From Eledone cirrhosa (Eukaryota), in assembly GCA_964016885.1 (NCBI GenBank), contig OZ024741.1:132246001-132310000 (forward strand): a stretch of DNA of 64,000 nt, given 5' to 3'. The notes under the pieces were generated by a model that searched no databases, was not told the DNA's origin, and saw only the letters and a list, made by a program, of their open reading frames with translations. A program made the translations under genes and the position numbers. Every line of letters begins with the position of its first letter. Positions within the stretch are counted from its first letter, which is position 1. Below, in pieces: positions 56,290-64,000 of this stretch.

Positions 56290-56760
56290 CGGAAAACACC
56301 ACCTGTCAATGGATATGAAATCCGAAATATAGGAACCAACAAATCTCTTCCTAGGTAACTATATCTCTGGTTTACTTTTTACACCATTTTTACGTTCTCT
56401 ACGTCTCTTTTTACGCTTCTTCCTTTTCACTCCTGCTGGAAGAAGCCCTCCTTGGTCGATATCCACTGTTTCCTGTATGGTTTTGGCCATGTCAGGGGTG
56501 TAGCTGTACTCACCACACTTGGCCAAAAGCGGGTAGATGAGACTATTTAACCCATAGTTGGGGTGGATGGCCGTTGACTCTTAGAAATTTAACCACCCTT
56601 TTAACAGCTCCTGTATTTTGTGCTGCTATGATTCCACTTACCCTTCTCACCAGACAAGAGTCTGGTGGAGGAGCTGGTTTAATCACCGACCATTCGACCA
56701 TGAAGGAGGTTGTACTGGGTTATATAAGCTTTATCAAACGATAGGAAATGAAGTGTTATG
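56290..56760 (-). mobile_element. Degenerate repeat, probably a LINE 5' region; paralog of 12420-12790
   Basis: Visible colinear similarity with 12480-12790. Confidence 0.5.
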
Positions 56761-58217
56761 GGGCTCAAGGAAGGAGATCTTCAGGAGATTCAAGATTTTT
56801 GTAATTTAACAAAACTATTTCGTTTTATTTTGAATATGTTTTGTTTTTCATTTTGTTTTTTCAATATCAGTAATCTGTTGTTGAATAGTTGTGTTCCAGA
56901 CTAGGTGTATGTTATTAATAATTGAAATAGAAGATTTCACCGTAACTTTGACTAAATAAAATAGTCTAATGTGTATTGATGGCCATTTTTTCCCGTTATG
57001 TGGGTTAATACGCCCCATTATTATGAGGCTATTTTATTTAGTCATGGTTAGGACGAAATCTTCTAATTCAGTTTTCAAATTCCGTTCGCCGTTTTATAAA
57101 CATACGTTGTTATTGGTGTTTTCGTCTATGGTTGTTAGTATACTTCATGTCTTTGTCGAGTTTGATATATTAGATCAATGAACAATGCTGTCAAGTAAAT
57201 ATATTTTATGTATTAACATTGTGTATGCACTAAGAAAATATAGAATCCACCAAGTATATACTCAGACACGCCAACATACACATGTACGTATATGTGAAGC
57301 GAAGTCTATTTGTTGTGATAAATTCGAAGAAAAGATAAACACCAAAATTCGAGTTTAATAAATAGCTTCACGTCACTTCATAAAGGATACAATTGATAAT
57401 ACGCAATATGATAAAAGTATTCAATAAGTCTCCCTGTACGGGGGCGGTCACTTCTATATTCTTGGGACAATTCCCGTTAACAAAAGTACGCTGCTTAGTC
57501 AAAACAGAGTGTGTATGTGTGTGACAGCAAAATCAAGCAACAGCCGAATCTTGGCGTGGTGAGAAAACAAGCGAGCATGTTGCTGACTAACCTAGGCCAG
57601 AACGACAGCTATCTTTATAACGATCATTTGTTACTTAGAAATGTCTAACTCTTGGAATTTGGTGCTGTGATTCTTCCATGAGCAAAAGTTATCTACATTG
57701 ATATCTCTTAGGTCATAGGTCAGTGTTCGGATGGTCGTAGCCTTGGGAAAATCAACTGTAGAAAAATGTTCCTCACTACAGTAGCTCTACGCTTAGATGG
57801 AAACCGGAGATTTTGATCTGTAACTGTAGCGAAAGAGGAAACAATGCCGTCTCTGATACCATAGGTCAGTGTCCTGGTGGTTGTAACCTTGGCAAAATCA
57901 ACCGTAGGAAAATCTTCCTCACTACCTACATATGTGCGTTTGCATGTGTATCTGTATGTGCATATACATGCGTATATGTGTACAAATGTGTATTTGTATT
58001 ACAGTATATATATACAATGAATATATAATATTTGTGTTAAAAAAAACTTTTATTCATGTGTGTATTATTTATCTACGTAAGAAGGTAATATATTTTTTAT
58101 GTGTGTGAATATAAAAACGCCAAAGAAGTGCTATCTATAAGAGGTATGTCCTATTAAAAGAAATTATGTATATATCTCCATAGGACTGGCATATTTGTTT
58201 ATAGAGATTGTATATAG

Positions 58218-58550
58218 TGAAGGCGCGTGGCTTTGTAGTTAGGGAATTCGGCTCATGATCGTAAGGTCGTGAGTTCGACTCCCGGCGGCACGCTGTGTCC
58301 TTGAGCAAGACACTTTATTTCACGTTGCTCCAGTCCACTCAGCTGGCAAAAAATGAGTTGTACCTGTAATTCGAAGGGCCAGTATTGTTACATTCTGTGT
58401 CACGCCGAATCTCCCTGAGAACTACGTACGCTAAGAGTACGTGTGTTTGTGGAATGCTCAGCCACTTGCACGTTAATTTCACAAGCAGGCTGTTCTGTTG
58501 ATCGGATCAGCTGGAACACTCGTCCTCGTAACCGACGGGGTGCCTTCCAC
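58218..58550 (+). mobile_element. tRNA-derived SINE family 2
   Basis: gaaggcgcgtggct..gttag (A box), gagttcgactcc (B box), then gtccttgagcaagacactttatttcacgttgctccagtccactcagctg. Confidence 0.85.
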
Positions 58551-58585
58551 ATATTGAAAATATCAAAGGAACTACCACAGGTATT

Positions 58586-59015
58586 AGAACTGTTTTCTAC
58601 ATTTGACACAAGGTCAGTAATTTAAAGGAAAAGTCGACCAAATCGACCCCAGTGCGTCACTGGTACTTTATTCTATCAATCTAAGATAACCTTGTCGAGA
58701 TTTAAACTTAGAAAGTAAAGGGACGTAACTATATGCCGCAAAGTATGTTTCCAACGCTCTACCGATACTGTCAATCCACCACCCTACCAGAGCTATTAGA
58801 ATTGTTTCTATATTTGACACAAGGCCAGCAATTTGAAGAGAATGGTAAGTCGACCAAACCGACCCCAGTGCGTTACTGGTACTTTAATAAATCGTCCCCA
58901 TAATGATGAAAGGCAAAACTAACCTCGACGGGATTTGAACTCAGAGGACGTAAAGGGACGTAACAATATGCCACAAAGTATTTTGCCCAGCGCTCTGCCG
59001 ATACTGTCAATCCAC
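58586..59015 (-). mobile_element. SINE family 1, two tandem copies
   Basis: 58586-58785 and 58800-59015. Confidence 0.8.
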
Positions 59016-60769
59016 TAACTTACCACAGGTATCATAATGAAAATTAGTTTGGAAAACGTTTGTAATTTAATATCACGATTATTTTCTAGAAAATCATCAC
59101 CTAAAAACGGTTGAAAAGTTATCAAGAAACGAAAAAGACATATGTCGAATTTATCAGGTTTAATGGGAGCTACCGCAACTTTGTGTTGACTTAAAGTTTT
59201 GAGGGTGTAATTTGATTGACGAAATCTGCAGGGAAGCCATTTGGAGGAACTGTTGATTTTCATCGATGATACATTTAATCCGCCACGTGGTTTAAGAAGA
59301 TCCTCTGGCCCTTTGGTGTCTTTATGAGTGTATATTTTGTTGCAAATATTTGGGTCCGTTTCCTGGTGTGATGATAGCATTGTCCTTACTTCCCATATCA
59401 TGGAGGGTCTGAAAAGGATCATGGACGCTGCCCTTCCTCCTCTGGTTAATCTTTGAAAAGAATATGACAAAACAAGCAACGTAGCGGGTTTCTAAGTATT
59501 ACATATAATCCAAAAAGATTTGCTTTCTACGCTTTCTTTTATTTGATTGGTTTCCAGGAGGGAACTGTCTCAACATATTTCACTGGGCTTTCAGGATCAT
59601 TAAACCGTTGCCAGTCGACGGCTGCAGAAAAATTCTGACATACAGATATTCATTTAGATGTCGGACGACACGCGCGTTATTGAACACACTGCGCTATTTC
59701 GATAAGTACAAGGTCGGTATACTATCTATTGAATATTTCTCTACTTGCAAAGAATCCTTCCCATAACGGAATTCTTCCAATATTGCTTGTTTTAATTCGA
59801 TAGGATAATTAGTACTGTTTCTTAATTCCATAAACTGTTCTTATGGACATGATACGAGTGAAATGTTCTTATATTAGCTTGTCTAGCTTGTATTCCCTTC
59901 CAAGTGGAGATTTTGGCATAAGTTAAACTGTTTAAATGCTTTTCTGATTTTATATTTATCTTTTCAATGAGATGTCCATGTATATTAGTGATAAATCATT
60001 TTCTGTTTGAAAACGAGATCGGTGTAGTCGATATTGCGGGACCTAGATAGAGGACACAGTATAGGTGATGAGCAAAAGAGAGACGAGTGAGTTAGGAATG
60101 ACTGAGTGTAGATAGTACAAGACCAACTTTCTCCAAGAGGCCACACTAGTATCGGGGTTGAAAAAACAGAAGGATGAGACATATTTGTGGTCTAGAGATA
60201 GAGTTGAGTGTGTGGATCAGAGACTTCAGCCAATCAGTCGAGTGTACTGTCTTTTCTATATTGAAGTTATGAGTTCTCTAGGAAAGATCATTGGTGATGG
60301 TCATGCCTCGAATTTATCATGAGATTGAGGATTCTAGTTGCAAAATATTCATGTTTGAGTTGGGGGTGATAATGTTTTCTTGATATGTGTAGTGATGCAG
60401 ATATGTACTGTTCTTTCACGTATTACACATTATACACACCGCGTATTCAATAGATTAGTACTACATTCATTGGATTCATTGTAAGTTATAACTGTCAATA
60501 CATCAATAAAATTCACACAGCATGTATTCTATGATGTATTGTCTCAATACAATAGCATCATTGCAAGCAATATACAAAAGCAATATTAAATACAGCATCA
60601 TACAATCAGGAAAATATATAGTCGGTTATAAGTAAGCCAAGTATCACTCCCACACCGCCTCCACTACCAGCTCTATTACAAAAGCAAATGCTGCTTACAC
60701 ATGATACATTCGGAGGTGTACCAGATGTTGCAGTGAGAAAGGCGCATGAAAATATTGAAAAGGTATTAT

Positions 60770-61222
60770 AATAATAGTTTCTTATATAGGCACAAGGCCA
60801 GCAATTTTGGTGGAGGGGAGTCGATTAAATCCACCCAGTACGTTACTGGTGCTTTATTTTATCGACCCCGTAAGGACGACAGGCAAAGTTAACCTGAACT
60901 CAGTTAATTTGAACTCAGACCTTAAAGGGGCATAACTCTCTGCTGCAAAGCATGGCGTCCGACCTTCTACCGATACTGTCAATCTACCGCCTTGAAAAGG
61001 TATTATAATATTGATAATGATTTCTGATTTAGGCACAAGACCAACAATTGGGGGTGGGTCATTTGAATCGACCTCAGTGTGTTACTAGAGCTTTATTTAT
61101 AGACCCTGTAAGGACGAAAGGCAAATCTAACCTCGGCGGGATTTGAACTCAGAACGTAAAGGCCCATTACTCTATGCCGCAAAGCAAGTTGTCCGATGGT
61201 CTACCGATAATGCCAATCCACT
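60770..61222 (-). mobile_element. SINE family 1, two tandem copies
   Basis: 60770-60992 and 61015-61222. Confidence 0.82.
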
Positions 61223-61227
61223 GCTAT

Positions 61228-61660
61228 TATAATAATAATTTCTTTATTGGCCACACAGGGCTCACATTAGGAAAACATTAAGGACGGCACAGGACGATGC
61301 AGTGTGGGTTTTTGAATGTAAGTATTTTAACGAAAACAGTGAAAACTGTAAATTCAAAGAAAAACAAAATCCCCAATAACGGAAAACTTCCGAGGGTCAC
61401 TTGTGGAGAAATCCCACAAAAAACTACGTTCACCCTGGCTGCTAGGGCAAGTACCCCCTCCTAGTTATCTTCCCCAATCTATAGGCGCAGACTCAGAACA
61501 GGTCCATTCACTCTGGCTATTCTCATCACTCTCACCGACCTGTCAAGAAATATTTTGAATGGTAGCACTTCCCTCTCCACCCTGATTTTCGTCTCAAGTG
61601 AAACCTGAAAAAGTTAATCAGGGCTTCGCCGAAGCTTTGAAATGGGTCCAGTATATGAGT
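61228..61660 (-). mobile_element. 3' end of a LINE (ORF C-terminus, AATAAA and (TTA)n-type tail)
   Basis: The minus strand reads approximately LINFFRFHLRRK.RVEREVL...RIARVNGPVLSLRL* (one frameshift), then aataaagaaattattattataat. Confidence 0.5.
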
Positions 61661-62340
61661 AATAGATTTAGAACCGAACGTAACCAATGAACAAGTGAGA
61701 ATAGTTAGGGTCTATTCTGGTTCCCAGAGCCAGATCAGTGGCATGCTGATAGATTTCTCCAAAAAAGAAAAGACAGTAGAGTCAAATAAGGAACTCAGTA
61801 AGGCGGAAGAGAGTAAAAGTGCTAGGCTGGATTGTGGTGCTAAGGTTCAGAAACTGTTGAAGGCAGAGAAAGTCATCGTGAAGGATGAAAGTATAAACAG
61901 AAATGAAAAAGAAGCAACAGGGGCCATAGGGGAAGGAGAAGGAATCAAAGAGCTGGAGATTGGTTTATATGGCGTAAATGGGAGAGGAAGTCGGCGTCCA
62001 ATGGCGAGAGAATGACGTCAAGAAATTTAAAAATGAGTTCAGTGGGGTAGCTGTACAGAAAGACAGAATGCATGAAGGAATCGAGGTCACAGAACTGGCC
62101 AAGATTCGGCATCCAGTGTGATGGTCAGTGGCTGAGACTCGAGAAGTTGTTCGTATGGGTCGACAAGGGCCAGTGTTTTGTAGAAGAATGCGCAGTTTCT
62201 TGCGGCGCAAAAACCATTCAGCATCGGCGCGAGTTTGAAACCCACCGCAGGTATATGTGACGGGTATCAATCGTAGACATCTACCGAGAAGGGAACACTT
62301 AGTTTCAGAGAGGTGTAAGACCTGTGGTAGACTAGTAACA
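61660..62340 (-). mobile_element. Degenerate LINE endonuclease-region fragment (CR1/Jockey-like, uncertain)
   Basis: Remnants resembling CGDFN..HAEW and L..TDH in the 61965-62270 translation; higher GC than the flanks. Confidence 0.3.
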
Positions 62341-63095
62341 GTGAGGGAGGGGGTGTATGGAGAATGATGGTAGTCAAAGTGGGGGTGTGAAGTTGGATGT
62401 GGTGTGTGCGGAGATCACTGGATATATTTATGTGTGTATATATAAAGTATAAAAGTGTGCGTGAATAAATATTTTCAAATATATGTTAAACGTGTTGCGT
62501 GTGTGTCCGTATGTGTGCATATATATATGTATACATATGATACTTTACTTAGTTTAATATCTCACATACCACTAATAGGTTGGTGTTCTTAACCGCGGTT
62601 ATTTCGATATATAAACGGAAATAACCTCTGTTTTACAGTTTAATACGCAAAGGAAATTATAGCAGTTTAATTCCTGTCTATAGGAAGTTTACTTTTACTA
62701 CAAATGGTGAAATAACAATAAAAAGGTGATTATGTAAAACCTGAAAAGAAACTGAATACTGGGACATGAATCACATATAGAGGAAATCTGAGTAGCGACT
62801 GTTTCCATCTTATTGCACTTTTTTTAGAAATATATATTTCAACTCTATTTTCATTGGTGATAAGCTTACAGTGTGTGTATATATCTATATATATATATAT
62901 ATGATATAAATATTCCAGTAGGTACTAAGTACCCACGGAAATATATATGGTGTCTATAACAGTGGTTTTTCAATGGTACTAATTTGAGATACCAGAATTA
63001 TAAAAATGAGCGGAACAAGTAAACATTAAACAATCTTTTAAATAAATTAAAATACGATTTAAATATTCACCTGTTTCTATTATATATATTCTAGT

Positions 63096-63175
63096 GCTGT
63101 GACCGACGTTTTCGATTATCAAAGGATTGGAAATTCAGAGAATTTCCAATGGAAAGAATCACCTCTTCAGACAGC
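63096..63175 (-). ncRNA. Hammerhead ribozyme with long stem II
   Basis: GCTGT-CTGAAGA-..ATTGGAAATTC TCT GAATTTCCAAT..-GAAA-ACGTCGG-TC-ACAGC. Confidence 0.7.
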
Positions 63176-63505
63176 TATTTCCATATCACAGGGCACAAAA
63201 GCTTTGTAGTAGTAAATATATTGCTTTCTGCCCAATGCATGAGGTCAAGCCGTTAAAGTGACCTACACATAATTAGGCCGTTAGGAAAAAGCGGGAATTA
63301 TAGACTTGTTGAAATTTCATGTTACTAGAAATTGCAGCACGAGACAACATTTTTTTTCTCTACATAGAAGGAGAATACAAATAAATGATATAAATATTCC
63401 AGTAGGTACTAAGTACCCACGGAAATATATATGGTGTCTCGTGAATTGGGCAGAAAGCAATATATTTACTACTCCAAGGCTTTTGTGCCCTGTGGTATGG
63501 AAATA

Positions 63506-63585
63506 GCTGTCTGAAGAGGTGATTCTTTCCATTCGAAATTCTCTGTATTTCCAATCTTTTGATAAGCGAAACCGTCGGTCACAGC
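63506..63585 (+). ncRNA. Hammerhead ribozyme (inverted partner)
   Basis: GCTGT-CTGAAGA..GAAA-CC GTC GG-TC-ACAGC. Confidence 0.7.
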
Positions 63586-64000
63586 ACTAGAACAGGTGAA
63601 TATTTAAATCGTATTTTAATTTATTTAAAAGAATGTTTAATGTTTACTTGTTTCCGCTCATTTTTATGCATCTGTGTATATAAATGTTACTAGATATAAA
63701 TTCCTTATAATTATCTCCAATTCATTTGTCGAGCAATATTTGGCCATGACTGCTACTATGGTAGTAGGCTGGCCGCTGTCTTATTAACCATTCGCTTTCC
63801 ACTGATTGACCTCGATGTCACGTGATTGATTCTTTTTGAATTTGCCACAGACGAAGAGGCAGTGACTTTATCAATGGCTAGGAATCCAGTCCACGCTTCG
63901 CTATTTCCTTTCCACTGAATTTTTTTAATAAGTTTCCAGAGTCCTCGCTATGCCTGGAGACTTACACGGAAAAAGACTTTCCTGATGACGGAATGATTTT

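Larger units (their letters stand above)
62901..63667. mobile_element. Retrozyme-like element: 484-bp antisense monomer with about 55-bp terminal redundancy plus a sense arm
   Basis: atgatataaatattccagtaggtactaagtacccacggaaatatatatggtgtct occurs at 62901 and 63385; 63446-63667 is inverted relative to about 63001-63235. Confidence 0.85.

Noticed and set aside
58218-58290. tRNA gene
   Set aside because: The A/B boxes run straight into a SINE body shared by several diverged copies; no intact cloverleaf was verified.
59015-60400. 154-aa ORF and surrounding possible LINE relic
   Set aside because: No motif could be read with confidence.

Overview
AT-rich, microsatellite-saturated animal genomic DNA. 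The tRNA-derived SINE families resemble octopus SINEs, so a coleoid cephalopod is likely (inference). No host protein-coding exon can be supported, and almost all ORFs in the track are microsatellite translations. The real coding content is retroelements: two different Penelope-like elements (PLEs; RT plus C-terminal GIY-YIG) at 8235-10209 and 20849-23055, further PLE fragments, and a nearly intact RTE-type LINE at 43003-46325 with a 14-bp target-site duplication. The main signal sits between the (TA)n tracts. I count by eye about 30 type I hammerhead ribozyme (HHR) motifs from about 16 unrelated families, mostly within short non-coding insertions. These insertions follow a consistent architecture: (TA)n, antisense arm, sense arm, (TA)n. 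Both 3' ends point outward, and usually one arm ends at a distal terminus while the other ends at an internal TA-rich site. Several contain 231-485 nt monomers with tandem or terminal redundancy, as expected for retrozyme-like circular or multimeric RNA templates. Together this suggests a (TA)n-targeted, PLE-driven, dual-primed ribozyme retroelement system. All structures were read manually and no folding or database searches were run.
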